NCBI GenBank assembly: GCA_039802265.1 | Contig: JBDRWI010000006.1 | Location: 1-54,968, forward strand | Direction: 5' to 3' | From: a candidate division WOR-3 bacterium | Lineage (GTDB): Bacteria; Hydrothermota; Tepidihabitantia; SM23-42; JAOAFX01 | Length of the DNA stretch: 54,968 nucleotides | Part shown: in pieces, positions 20,902 to 30,899 of the stretch | Numbering within the stretch: position 1 is the stretch's first letter | Layout: each line of letters opens with the position of its first letter | Notes under the pieces: model-generated | Databases searched by the model: none | What the model was told of the DNA's origin: nothing | What the model saw: only the letters and a program-made list of their open reading frames with translations | Program-made: the position numbers and the translations under genes

Positions 20902-21674
20902 TTAGAGTCTTTTTTGGTCTCAATAAAATCAACAAACATCTGGGTTGTCTTCCCCCTTACCGTAGGGGGGGCAAGTTGTTTCCCCTGAAGGTGTTTTTCA
21001 AGGGTGGTGTCTTTTTCGGGTATGATGGAGACCCCAGTAGCAACCTTGAGTACCCGACCAGTGGAATCAACGATTGCCCGTACTATTTTCTCTTTACTCA
21101 ATTCCGATCTTAGTGTCAACCCTTCGGTTTTATCCGGTGATCCAACAACCATAGTTGGCGCCTCGGGCGGTTTAGATTTCTCACTTTTTTTAATTTTTTC
21201 TTCAGACCGGGCATAGGCAAACCTTTCGGCAACAGGGGTGGGAATTTCCAGTTCTATCGCGGCCTTTCCTGATGATTCAGTCTTTATCTCGGTAAATACT
21301 AACCGGTGTTCCATACCTACTTTATCCGGTGGTTTTGGATAATTTAAAAGTATCACAATTAAGACCACCGCTATACCCGGGACCATTACAGGCAACCAGA
21401 ATGGTATATTGAGCCGTTTTGGACTTTCAATCCGTGCCATTATCTTTTTATTCAAATTATAGACAAAGTCCGTTGATGGTTCTTCAATCACCTGCCCCTT
21501 TAAGATTTCATCAACACCTCTTAATCTCTCAATTTCTTTTTTGCATTCGGTGCATACCTGCAGGTGTGCTTCTAACATCCTTCGGTCTTTTCCTTCAAGT
21601 TCATTATCTAAATAGGCACTCAAGAGTTCTATTGAAAGGCCGCAAATCAACTTATTTGGTTCCTCTTTTTTCAT
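20898..21674 (-). CDS. Zinc-binding anti-sigma factor (zf-HC2) with TM
   Basis: LLSAYLDNEL...HLQVCTEC; TM; directly follows the ECF sigma gene. Confidence 0.88.
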   Translation of the reverse strand: MKKEEPNKLICGLSIELLSAYLDNELEGKDRRMLEAHLQVCTECKKEIERLRGVDEILKGQVIEEPSTDFVYNLNKKIMARIESPKRLNIPFWLPVMVPGIAVVLIVILLNYPKPPDKVGMEHRLVFTEIKTESSGKAAIELEIPTPVAERFAYARSEEKIKKSEKSKPPEAPTMVVGSPDKTEGLTLRSELSKEKIVRAIVDSTGRVLKVATGVSIIPEKDTTLEKHLQGKQLAPPTVRGKTTQMFVDFIETKKDSN

Positions 21675-21675
21675 A

Positions 21676-22239
21676 TCAACTTCCTATTCCCATTTCTTCA
21701 AATGTCTCTTTAAGACACTGCCTTGCCCGTGCCAGCCTTGACATAACCGTCCCCTTCGGGATATTCAAGATCTTGCCAATTTCTTCATACGATAGTTCCT
21801 CTTCTATCCGCAGGACAAGAACTGCCCGATAAATTTCAGGCAGTCTTGACATTGCTTCTTGAATCTTTTCTTTCAATAATTTGCTCCTTGTCATTTCTAC
21901 GGGGTCATCCTTATTGCTTGAAATCTGATTCTGAACCCTATCCAGCGATTCCAAATGTCCCCTTTTTTCTTTTTTTATAAAATTTATAGTCAAGTTCACT
22001 GCAATCTTTGAGAGCCATGGTGAAAAGGAAGAGCCACTCTTGAAACTCTTTATTGAATTATAGGCCTTAATAAATACCTCCTGTACCAAGTCTTCAGTAT
22101 CATCACGGTTTCCCAACATCCGGTAGACCAGTCTATAAACGAGCATCTTATAACGCTCAATAAGCGGTGAAAATGCCTCACAGTCTCCTTTCTTCACCCT
22201 TTCAATCAATGCCTCATCGCTCTCATTATTATAATACAC
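21676..22239 (-). CDS. ECF RNA polymerase sigma factor
   Basis: Region 2 'EDLVQEVFIKAY...FSPWLSKIAVN'; region 4 'LSYEEIG.IL.IPKGTVMSRLARAR'. Confidence 0.93.
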   Translation of the reverse strand: MYYNNESDEALIERVKKGDCEAFSPLIERYKMLVYRLVYRMLGNRDDTEDLVQEVFIKAYNSIKSFKSGSSFSPWLSKIAVNLTINFIKKEKRGHLESLDRVQNQISSNKDDPVEMTRSKLLKEKIQEAMSRLPEIYRAVLVLRIEEELSYEEIGKILNIPKGTVMSRLARARQCLKETFEEMGIGS

Positions 22240-22283
22240 AGGATACCCTCATTTTATTCCCGGATTTATCCCGGCTTGTTCCA

Positions 22284-23030
22284 TTAATCTTGCCTTCTTT
22301 TGTAGCCGGTTGGTATCTCAAATACCCTATCGCTTATAGGGATATTATCTATCTTCGTCACCGCACTTTTGGTTTTAAAGGAAAAGGGCTCTTCCTCCTG
22401 CGTCATGATAAAATTCAGTTCGGTTTCGAGTGGGAATCCTTCTATCTCGGAAATTTTCTTCCTGAATCTACTGAATGATTTCTGGTCAATCCCCATCAAT
22501 TCGCCAAGTTTCATATCCTGGGCCAAGGTGGTCAATCGCTTGCTGAAAGTTGTAATTTCTTCATAACCGGGAATTCCCTGGCTTACCCACATCGTCTGCA
22601 CAATGGTGATTGTATCTTCTTTTGATTTTACCTTCATGTTTACAATATACTTTTCACACTCCAATTTCAGGATGGTCTTTTTCTCTCCACACTTCTGGAT
22701 ATTTACCTCGGGTATGATTCCAGCGGTATCTATGGGTTCAATCTTTTCCTCCGACTCCAGAGATATCTCGGAATACTCCTTTTTATCTTCATCCAGCAGC
22801 CAGATTAAATTCTTGTCCATCCGGACGATTGAAATGCTGCTTACCTCTCCCAGTACCGGATTCTTCGTTATTACCTCGGTGCGCATGCGTTCTCCTTTTA
22901 TAAAGTTACGGGTGACTGTCTCACTACCCATTCCCATCATGCCTTCTGTTGTAGTTATCATCTCGTACATAACATCTCCGTTGAGAAAGCAGGCAAAGAG
23001 GATTAATGACAAGAATATCTTGCTTTTCAT
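22284..23030 (-). CDS. Exported DUF4412-like protein
   Basis: Signal peptide; 'GE.MRTE'; 'GEKKTI...CEKY'; 'GFPLET'; C-terminal 'FEIPTGYK'. Confidence 0.7.
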   Translation of the reverse strand: MKSKIFLSLILFACFLNGDVMYEMITTTEGMMGMGSETVTRNFIKGERMRTEVITKNPVLGEVSSISIVRMDKNLIWLLDEDKKEYSEISLESEEKIEPIDTAGIIPEVNIQKCGEKKTILKLECEKYIVNMKVKSKEDTITIVQTMWVSQGIPGYEEITTFSKRLTTLAQDMKLGELMGIDQKSFSRFRKKISEIEGFPLETELNFIMTQEEEPFSFKTKSAVTKIDNIPISDRVFEIPTGYKRRQD

Positions 23031-23047
23031 ATCATCTCCTTTGTTAA

Positions 23048-23147
23048 ATTATATTTTAAAATTTTTAAAAATCAAGCCTTCAATCAGTTAAAATCAAGAT
23101 ATTCCTAATTAGAAATTTATTGACTTATCTTCAGTAATTGATATAAT
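23048..23147. promoter_or_regulatory. Divergent promoters: TTGATT-N16-TATAAT (-, 23075-23048) and TTGACT-N16-TATAAT (+, 23120-23147, 5 nt before the galE ATG)
   Basis: Hexamers read directly on each strand. Confidence 0.75.
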
Positions 23148-23152
23148 CTAAT

Positions 23153-24085
23153 ATGAGGATATTGGTCACCGGTGGTGCAGGTTTTATCGCCTCCCATATT
23201 GTTGATGCCTATATTCAAACCGGGCATCAAGTTGTAGTTATTGATGACTTATCAACAGGTGATATTGGTAATCTCAATCCCGGGGCGATTTTCTTTAAAA
23301 AAGATATCTGCTTGCCAGATATTGAAGATATATTTAGCAAATATAATTTTGATGTAGTAAATCACCATGCAGCCCAAATAAATGTAAGAACTTCACTCCG
23401 GGATCCATTATTTGACGCTCGCGTTAACATCATTGGCTCGCTGAATATTCTGCATCTCTGTGCAAAATATAAAGTCAAAAGATTCATCTTTGCCTCAAGT
23501 GGCGGTGCAGTTTATGGTGAACCCGAAAATTTCCCCATTACTGAAGAATTTCCCCTGGTACCCCTTTCACCCTATGGTGTGGGTAAAATTGCTGTGGAAC
23601 ATTATATAAAAGTCTTTGCCCGCCTTTATAATTTTGACTATGTGATTCTCCGCTACAGCAATGTCTATGGGCCAAGGCAGATTCCTAAGGGGGAGGCCGG
23701 GGTGATTTCAATCTTTATCAACCAGATTCTTAGTAACCAAAAGTGCTACATCAATGGCGACGGTAGTCAACTGCGGGATTATGTCTTTGTTGATGATGTG
23801 GTCAGGGCAAATATTTTGGCGCTTGAAGGAGTTTCCGACACCTTCAATATCGGAACTGGCATTGGCACAAGTGTCAACGAATTACTGGATTTACTTAAAA
23901 GTGTCGCAAAGAGAGAGATTCCCTTTGAACACCGTCCCCCCATTCCCGGCGAGGTCTTCAAGAATGTTCTGGACTGTAAAAAGGCTGGGAGAGTCTTGAA
24001 CTGGAAACCGCAAATTCTTCTGCCTGAGGGATTAAAGAAAACATATCAGTTTTTCTTAAATGCTACAAAAAAGAACCTATCTTGA
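23153..24085 (+). CDS. galE: NAD-dependent epimerase/dehydratase (UDP-glucose 4-epimerase-like)
   Basis: TGGAGFIASH; SSGGAVYG; YGVGK (YxxxK); RYSNVYGPRQ; RDYVFVDDV. Confidence 0.85.
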   Translation: MRILVTGGAGFIASHIVDAYIQTGHQVVVIDDLSTGDIGNLNPGAIFFKKDICLPDIEDIFSKYNFDVVNHHAAQINVRTSLRDPLFDARVNIIGSLNILHLCAKYKVKRFIFASSGGAVYGEPENFPITEEFPLVPLSPYGVGKIAVEHYIKVFARLYNFDYVILRYSNVYGPRQIPKGEAGVISIFINQILSNQKCYINGDGSQLRDYVFVDDVVRANILALEGVSDTFNIGTGIGTSVNELLDLLKSVAKREIPFEHRPPIPGEVFKNVLDCKKAGRVLNWKPQILLPEGLKKTYQFFLNATKKNLS

Positions 24086-24950
24086 CCCTGAGGTCCTTGC
24101 CCGTATTTCAAGGTTTGCATTGAAGGCAAGGCTGGTTGTTGAAGGATTTTTGACCGGGCTTCACCACAGTCCTTTCAAGGGATTCTCACAGGAGTTTGCT
24201 GATTACCGTCCATACATCCCTGGTGATGAGACAAAAAGGATTGACTGGAAGGTCTATGCCCGGCGTGACCGATTTTATGTGAAGGAATATCAAGAAGAGA
24301 CAAACCTCCGTGGTTATATTCTATTAGACAAAAGCGGCTCCATGGGTTATGGAGATAAGATTACAAAACTTGATTACGGAAAGTTTTTGGGGGCATGCCT
24401 TGCCTATCTCCTCTTTAAGCAGAAGGATGGGGTTGGTATCATCACCTTTGATACAAAGATAAATGAATTTATTCCTCCTTCTTCCAGGAAGATGAACTTC
24501 ACCCGCATCATTGAAGCAATTGAAAATACAAAACCCGGTAGTGAAACATCCTTATCTGATGTATTGTTTGAACTGGCACAAAGGATAAAAAGAAGAGGGC
24601 TGGTCATTATAATCTCTGACCTTTTTGATAACCCAGAACTGGTCTTAAGGTCATTGCGCTCCTTCCGCTATCGCAAGCATGAAATAATCGTTTTTCAGGT
24701 GCTTGACCGCAAAGAATATAGATTCCCTTTTTATGAAACTGCGATTTTTCAGGATCTGGAAACCAATGAAGAAATCGTTATTCAACCCGATTCAATTCGT
24801 GAATCGTATAAAAAGAAGTTCGATAATTTTTTAGATAACTATAAGAAGAAGATGCTGGAGGCACACATTGACTACCAGTTGCTGTATATAGATACACCTT
24901 ATGACCAGGCACTTTATACCTTTCTCCAGAAGCGGGCTAAACTTTTATGA
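24060..24950 (+). CDS. DUF58 (vWA-like, MoxR-associated) protein
   Basis: G.H.S...GFSQEFADYRPYIPGDE..RIDWKVYAR; LDKSGSM; ISDL. Confidence 0.92.
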   Translation: MLQKRTYLDPEVLARISRFALKARLVVEGFLTGLHHSPFKGFSQEFADYRPYIPGDETKRIDWKVYARRDRFYVKEYQEETNLRGYILLDKSGSMGYGDKITKLDYGKFLGACLAYLLFKQKDGVGIITFDTKINEFIPPSSRKMNFTRIIEAIENTKPGSETSLSDVLFELAQRIKRRGLVIIISDLFDNPELVLRSLRSFRYRKHEIIVFQVLDRKEYRFPFYETAIFQDLETNEEIVIQPDSIRESYKKKFDNFLDNYKKKMLEAHIDYQLLYIDTPYDQALYTFLQKRAKLL

Positions 24951-26770
24951 CCTTTTTGAATCCCTACTCGCTTTTTGGACTTCTTCTCGTTTCGGTGCCC
25001 ATAATCATCCATCTGTGGTTTCGCAAACGCCTGAAGAAGATTCTTTTCTCTTCACTATTATTTTTAAAGAACGCTGAGGAGAGAAGACTCAAATGGCTGA
25101 AACTAAGAGAAATCCTGATATTAATCTGCAGATGTGGTTTCGTTGCCACCCTCTTTTTGGCCCTTGCCCGTCCCCAGTTAAAGTCAACTTTTTTAAAAAA
25201 CCGGCTCGCCTCGGTCTATCTGATTATTGATAATTCCTGGAGTATGGCGTACGGCAATAATTTCAGTCGTATGATCGAAATTGCCCAAAATATTATTATG
25301 CGCTATTCGGCAAACTCTGAATTCTTTGTTGTTCCACTCTGCCCTCAGGAAGAATTGGACGAACCATTCTGGACCAACCGAAATGGTGCCTTGCAAATTT
25401 TAAAAAAAATAAGACTCACCTATTATTCCGGTCAACTCAAAGATGTCCTTATGAAATACCCAATCAAGGACCACCGGTTTCCGGCTGAATATCTTTATCT
25501 CGGTGATGGGCAGGAGTTGGTATTTAAGAATCTCAATCCCGGGGATTTAAGAAATTTTTTCTGGATTAAATTCCCCTCTGGTAGCAATATCTGTATCACC
25601 CAGGTTTCATTACCGGATCCGATAACCATACCCGTTGATAAATATCAATTACTTGTTAACATAGAAAATTTTTCGCATCATAATTGGCGCGGCACAGTTG
25701 AAATCACCGCAAACGACTTTGATATAAAACAGGAATGCAAAATACCAGCAAATGAAGATTTGAATTTATTATTTACCCTTCCCATAAAGATTCAAAGGGG
25801 TATAGTTATAATCTCCGAAGACAGTTTGACACCCGATAATCGCTTTTTCTTTTCAAAGTCAATACCCCATAAGATAAATCTCCTACTGGTAGGTGTAGAT
25901 AGCTATCTCACTTATGCCCTCAGACCTGCCGACCGGATAAACAGCGCCTTCAATATTGATGGAGTAAATAATTTAGGCGGAATTGACCTCAGGAAGTATG
26001 ATGTAGTAATCTTAAATGGAATAAAAGAGATTTCGGAGGGTGAGGCGGTAAGACTGGAAACTTTTCTTGGTCAGAGGAATACCGGAATTATAATCTTTCT
26101 CGGCGATGAACTGGGTGAAAATTTAAAGAGGTTCATCACCCGCAACTTGCCCATAGATATACTGGAAAGGGTCAAACTAAGGGGTTATGCAACCATTGAT
26201 TTTTTGGATTTTGATTATCAGCCCTTCAGTATATTTAAGGAAACATCCGGATTCAGGAATATAAAATTTTTTGAATTTTTTAGAACCATAGCCAATAACG
26301 GCATCAGGGCTAAACTGTCGGGCAATAATCCACTGGTGATATGCAATAAAAACTTTTCGGTCGTGACAACAAAGTTCAGTGAAAAGAATACTGACATTAT
26401 GTTCCATCCGTTCTACATTCCATTTTTACATCGCATGATTTATGGGGCAATAAATAGAAACCCCGATAATGAATACCGAATCGGAGATAAGATTGATACA
26501 ACAAAAATCTTAAAGGGACCGGATGGTGAATATATTAGAAATGGCGGATTTGTAATCCCAGGATTCTATATCCTTTCCGGAGAGACAATCGGCGTGAATG
26601 TAATTCCTGAGGAAGGAAACCTAAAATCCCTGGGCGAGGCTGGGGCAAAGAGTCTGGACATAAGACTAATAGATTTAGAAAAAATATCAGACCGCAGTGA
26701 CTTCAGCCCTTTTTTCCTCTTTTGCGCACTGGTGCTGATTCTTTTGGAAATGATTTTACTGGTTGTATGA
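24947..26770 (+). CDS. BatA N-terminal domain/vWA membrane protein
   Basis: MTFLNP...PIIIHL...FSSL.FL...LALARP; IDNSWSM; TPDNRFF; C-terminal TM ending LLE. Confidence 0.85.
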   Translation: MTFLNPYSLFGLLLVSVPIIIHLWFRKRLKKILFSSLLFLKNAEERRLKWLKLREILILICRCGFVATLFLALARPQLKSTFLKNRLASVYLIIDNSWSMAYGNNFSRMIEIAQNIIMRYSANSEFFVVPLCPQEELDEPFWTNRNGALQILKKIRLTYYSGQLKDVLMKYPIKDHRFPAEYLYLGDGQELVFKNLNPGDLRNFFWIKFPSGSNICITQVSLPDPITIPVDKYQLLVNIENFSHHNWRGTVEITANDFDIKQECKIPANEDLNLLFTLPIKIQRGIVIISEDSLTPDNRFFFSKSIPHKINLLLVGVDSYLTYALRPADRINSAFNIDGVNNLGGIDLRKYDVVILNGIKEISEGEAVRLETFLGQRNTGIIIFLGDELGENLKRFITRNLPIDILERVKLRGYATIDFLDFDYQPFSIFKETSGFRNIKFFEFFRTIANNGIRAKLSGNNPLVICNKNFSVVTTKFSEKNTDIMFHPFYIPFLHRMIYGAINRNPDNEYRIGDKIDTTKILKGPDGEYIRNGGFVIPGFYILSGETIGVNVIPEEGNLKSLGEAGAKSLDIRLIDLEKISDRSDFSPFFLFCALVLILLEMILLVV

Positions 26771-26820
26771 AGTATGGATCAGGAGAAAAGGACGACCAAA
26801 GGTATTCTGTAAATCGGAGG

Positions 26821-26848
26821 TTGACAGATTAAATATTCAGACTATAAT
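26821..26848 (+). promoter_or_regulatory. Promoter TTGACA-N16-TATAAT
   Basis: Perfect hexamers followed by SD AGGAGG and ATG 26874. Confidence 0.8.
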
Positions 26849-26873
26849 TTTAAATCCTAAATTAGGAGGCAGA

Positions 26874-27713
26874 ATGAAGAGATTAATTTTATGCCTTGCC
26901 TTCACTTTGAAAATTGGCCTTTGCACCACCATTACCATCTACAGCGATTGGGGATGGGGTTATTACTTCTGGCTATTTGGCTGGGTCGGTCCAAATCAAT
27001 CCGAAGGTGTTACTGCCGCCGGCTACAGCGGGAGTATTGAATATCGGGGTTATACCCAGTTTTCAATGCCTGGCTATCCTGGACCCGGTACTACAATAAA
27101 CGGAATCACCCTCAGACTCTGCAATAACACCGGTGGCACTGGACTTTCAATCAATATAAATCGGGTTACCTCTGATGTGCCGGGTGGGAATGAATGTGGG
27201 GTACCGCCGTTCTATCTATCAAATCAGCCGGTAAATAGTGGGGTTGAAGAATATACCTATTTTGACCTGACTTCGACACAGGCAAAGGATGACTTCCTGA
27301 ATGCCTGGCAGAGTGGTGCAGATTGGTTTGGCTTTGGCTACAGTGGAACCGGTCCGATGCATTTTTTTTATGCCTGCTGGTTTGACCCTTATCTTGATGC
27401 AGCATTGATTATCAATTATACAATCGGGGTTGATGAGAATGAAGATACCTCAGCCGCAAAGGGAATCGTCCTTTATCCGAATCCTTTTAACAACTATTTG
27501 GTAATTCGCCTTACCAATTACAAGAATGACTCCGGTAAGGAGCCAGTAATTATTAAGGTCTATGATATCCGGGGTAGGGAAGTAGCATCCTTTAAAAAAG
27601 AGCCGAAGAAGGAGTTAATTATAGATACAGGAAACCTTCCCAAAGGGGTCTATTTTGTCCAGGTGAAGGCAGATAATTATAATGAAATAAAAAAAATCAT
27701 TAAGATTGAATGA
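26874..27713 (+). CDS. Secreted protein with T9SS-type CTD
   Basis: Start reassigned from 26763 on the basis of promoter and SD; signal peptide; CTD 'YPNPFN...VYDIRGREV...LPKGVYFV...KKIIK'. Confidence 0.8.
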   Translation: MKRLILCLAFTLKIGLCTTITIYSDWGWGYYFWLFGWVGPNQSEGVTAAGYSGSIEYRGYTQFSMPGYPGPGTTINGITLRLCNNTGGTGLSININRVTSDVPGGNECGVPPFYLSNQPVNSGVEEYTYFDLTSTQAKDDFLNAWQSGADWFGFGYSGTGPMHFFYACWFDPYLDAALIINYTIGVDENEDTSAAKGIVLYPNPFNNYLVIRLTNYKNDSGKEPVIIKVYDIRGREVASFKKEPKKELIIDTGNLPKGVYFVQVKADNYNEIKKIIKIE

Positions 27714-27842
27714 GAGAATTATTGACGGCCGGTGATTGACTTTAAATTGATTAAGGATAAAATATAGGTTGTGTAAAATCAATCCGCTCCAGTGAAAGAC
27801 TTGAGTATGAATAAATATAAAACTGATAGACAAGGGGGAAAT

Positions 27843-28607
27843 ATGGTGAGTAAGTTATATTTGAATTTGCTGTCACTCGTAATTGGTGTAGCACTTGCAT
27901 TTTCAATAGTCGGAGCAGGGATGGTATCTGGAGAAGAGTCAACAAATCTATATTACCGAATAGAAAAATTGGAACAGGAGAACAAAGAACTCAAAGAGAA
28001 GATAAATAAAATTGAGAATCTTTTGGCAGAAAAAAGGACATCTGCTATAGCAAGTGGTCTTAATGATTCAAGGGCATGGCTTGAGCCCAAGATGGGCTGG
28101 GTTAATGATTACACCAATAACCGAATATATGCAATGGATAACAACGGTAACGGTTATACAATGAATGTAGGAATTGGGACAAATACTCCCCAATCAAGAT
28201 TCCATATTGTAGGTGATTTCTACAATCAGGGCTTTGCGGGTACGAAGATTAACTATAATCCAGGGGTTCCCGGATGGGTTAACATAAACACCCAGACTAT
28301 AACCACCCATGGAACCGGGGAAGATAATTCGGTGGTGCTTGTCTTTGCCCATGTCCAACAGTCCTGCCAGGGAGGTCTTGTTGATATGTTCATAAGGGTA
28401 GTCCGCGATGGCTCAACAGTTGTTGGTATTGCCGATGGCGGTGGGTTTTATGATATGTATTACGGGATGTATTATGGTTTTATGGGCGCAACACTGGTCT
28501 CCTATGATGAGCCGCCAGCAGGAACCCATACCTATACCTTACAGATAGAGAATGCCTTCAGTGGTGCCCTGGGATATAACTTCTTTGTCATTGAATTGAA
28601 GCGTTAA
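27843..28607 (+). CDS. Exported coiled-coil protein with fibre/adhesin-like C-terminal region
   Basis: Promoter TTGACT-N16-TAAAAT (27736-27763); SD GGGGG; signal peptide; coiled coil 'IEKLEQENKELKEKI'; 'NVGIGTNTPQ.R.HI.G' repeat motif. Confidence 0.6.
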   Translation: MVSKLYLNLLSLVIGVALAFSIVGAGMVSGEESTNLYYRIEKLEQENKELKEKINKIENLLAEKRTSAIASGLNDSRAWLEPKMGWVNDYTNNRIYAMDNNGNGYTMNVGIGTNTPQSRFHIVGDFYNQGFAGTKINYNPGVPGWVNINTQTITTHGTGEDNSVVLVFAHVQQSCQGGLVDMFIRVVRDGSTVVGIADGGGFYDMYYGMYYGFMGATLVSYDEPPAGTHTYTLQIENAFSGALGYNFFVIELKR

Positions 28608-28639
28608 AAAAACTTATGGTAAAGCAAAAAGGGACAGCA

Positions 28640-28878
28640 GGTTAAACAGGGCTCAACATGGCAAGATATGATAAACGGTTTAGGTTTTGGTTTGGAAACG
28701 AGATTAGTCTATTGAGTGTCGTTTGTTGGTTACTAAGTCCAATAACTAAACCCTATTGTATTTCTAAACCGAAACCGATAACCATTTTCTTTTTTACTGA
28801 TGTTAGTGATGGCCATTTGTGCCTACTTGCCATTTATGCCGTCCCTCACTTCTTGAGATTTTTTGAGCCATCTTACCC
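28640..28878 (+). other. Nested inverted-repeat structure (candidate structured RNA/leader)
   Basis: GGCTCAA/TTGAGCC (28650/28863); ATGGCAAG/CTTGCCAT (28658/28826); imperfect arms at 28673-28698 and 28761-28787. Confidence 0.55.
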
Positions 28879-28906
28879 TTTTATTTGATATATTCGAGGA
28901 GGTCCT

Positions 28907-30892
28907 ATGAAGGGATTCTTTTTGTTGATAGTTATTACCGCAGCAGCATTTGCGGTAAATGTCACGATCCACTGGAATGAATGGCCCTATGGACCAGAGT
29001 GTATCGGCAACTACTTTAAATGGTGGTATAATGGTGAGAATGCCGTCTCCTGTCCTGCATTCAATCCAGGGGATACCATCTGGGACTTCAAGAATGGTCC
29101 CACTAATGCCACCGCTGAGAGTTACATAAGGCCTAAGTCTGAGGCTGCGGGAAGTCCGCCAGCCCAGTGTTCCTATGCGGAAAAACAGGTTCTCTCCGGT
29201 TCTACATCCTGGGGTTATGAGCATAAGGATACAACCGGAGCAAATCAATGGATGTGGTTATATGGATTTTATGCTTCAGGAACTCAGGTTAACTATGACC
29301 CACCATACTACAAGGTCTATCAGTTTCCAATGCAACTGGGCACAACCTGGAGTTCACAGTGGGGCTGGGATTATATGGGTTTTGATTATATCTATGAATA
29401 CCGGAATACAACCGTGGTTGCCCAGGGCTGGGTAAGGGTTCCCCTTGATACAACCCAGTATTTTCCCTGTCTGGTTATGGAGACATATATGCATACCTGG
29501 GATGACTGGGGCTATATTGATGAAGAATATCTTGTCCACGAATGGGTTTCGCCAATCTATGGCTCTTTAGTAACCCTTCAGAGCACCGAGGGGAATACCA
29601 ATCCCGGATTCACCACTGCCCAGTATTTCTTCAGGATGAAGGAATACTATTCGGTAAATGACATAATTCCACCAACATTCACCAATACTACAATCATTCC
29701 ATCGGGTTATAACTTCGGACCGTATCATATCTCCTCAATAATCACGGACCCGGCAGGAATATCTACTGACTCCATATATTACAAGATTGGAAATGGCTCC
29801 TGGCAGAATCTTGGGCACGACTCAGTTGTTGGCGATACCTATCATTTTCATATCCCCCAAATTTCCAGCCCTGATACGGTTAGATATTACCTGATTGCCA
29901 AAGACAACTCTAACAATCACAATCGGGGAACCGACCCGCAGAATGCCCCTGCTGTTCACTACAAATTCTATGCCAATGATCCGGCAAATGACCATACTCC
30001 ACCGGTTATCGTCAATACCACGGTCTGGACTGATACAACATTTCTCGGACCATATCCAGTTTCAGCAGGTATCACCGATTCCTGCGGTATAGATTCCGCC
30101 GTGTTGTATTATCGCTTCAATGCCAATCCCTATCAGATTATGATGCCAGATAGTATCCGCAATTCTGTATATTATTTCCATATTCCCGAGGCAACACCCA
30201 ATACCTTCATCAGATATTATATAAGGGCGGTTGACTCGTCACCCAATCATAATGCCGCGCAGGACCCACCGAGTGGTTATTATGCCTTCAATGTTGAGGA
30301 TGGCGAGCCCCCGCAATTCTCCAATACCACGGTCTGGCCTGATACAAACTTCGGTGGGCCATTTCCGGTTAATTCAACAATTACCGACTATTCCGGAATC
30401 TCCCAGGCTCTCATCTTCTTTAAACTCGGCACGGCACCGTGGGATTCCCTCCCATTTGATTCAGTCTCCGGTAATGTCTATTACTTCCATATTCCCCAGG
30501 TTTATAGTTCAATGGCAATCAGGTATTATCTCAAGGCCTACGATGCCTCACCACGGCACAATGTGGCAACTGACCCCCCGAATGCGCCGACCGTTACCTA
30601 TATCTTCTATGTAGATTTAGGGATTGAGGAGAAGGCCGATATCAATCTTCCACTTGAGAAGGTCTTCTGCAAGACAATCAATCCCAAATCAATCGGCTTT
30701 TACACCATCGGGAGATACAGCCTTGAAGTTTATAATGCACTCGGGCAAATTGTTGATGTTATCTCTCAGGCGACAGGAACTGGCGAGAACTGGTTAAACT
30801 ATAATTCCACAGATCTTCCAAGTGGAACCTACTTTCTTGCCCTAAAGGCTGATGGCAGGGTAAATATCCGGCAATTTATAGTCATAAAGTGA
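28907..30892 (+). CDS. Secreted protein with three ~100-aa Ig-like repeats and CTD
   Basis: SD GAGGAGG; signal peptide; three copies of 'D..PP...NTT....T..GP...ITD..GI...YY....FHIP....RYY..A.D...HN...DP'; CTD 'VYNALGQ...LPSGTYFL'. Confidence 0.8.
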   Translation: MKGFFLLIVITAAAFAVNVTIHWNEWPYGPECIGNYFKWWYNGENAVSCPAFNPGDTIWDFKNGPTNATAESYIRPKSEAAGSPPAQCSYAEKQVLSGSTSWGYEHKDTTGANQWMWLYGFYASGTQVNYDPPYYKVYQFPMQLGTTWSSQWGWDYMGFDYIYEYRNTTVVAQGWVRVPLDTTQYFPCLVMETYMHTWDDWGYIDEEYLVHEWVSPIYGSLVTLQSTEGNTNPGFTTAQYFFRMKEYYSVNDIIPPTFTNTTIIPSGYNFGPYHISSIITDPAGISTDSIYYKIGNGSWQNLGHDSVVGDTYHFHIPQISSPDTVRYYLIAKDNSNNHNRGTDPQNAPAVHYKFYANDPANDHTPPVIVNTTVWTDTTFLGPYPVSAGITDSCGIDSAVLYYRFNANPYQIMMPDSIRNSVYYFHIPEATPNTFIRYYIRAVDSSPNHNAAQDPPSGYYAFNVEDGEPPQFSNTTVWPDTNFGGPFPVNSTITDYSGISQALIFFKLGTAPWDSLPFDSVSGNVYYFHIPQVYSSMAIRYYLKAYDASPRHNVATDPPNAPTVTYIFYVDLGIEEKADINLPLEKVFCKTINPKSIGFYTIGRYSLEVYNALGQIVDVISQATGTGENWLNYNSTDLPSGTYFLALKADGRVNIRQFIVIK

Positions 30893-30899
30893 GGATTCA

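Noticed and set aside
28658..28888. 76-aa ORF
   Set aside because: No SD or recognisable motif; coincides with the inverted-repeat structure.
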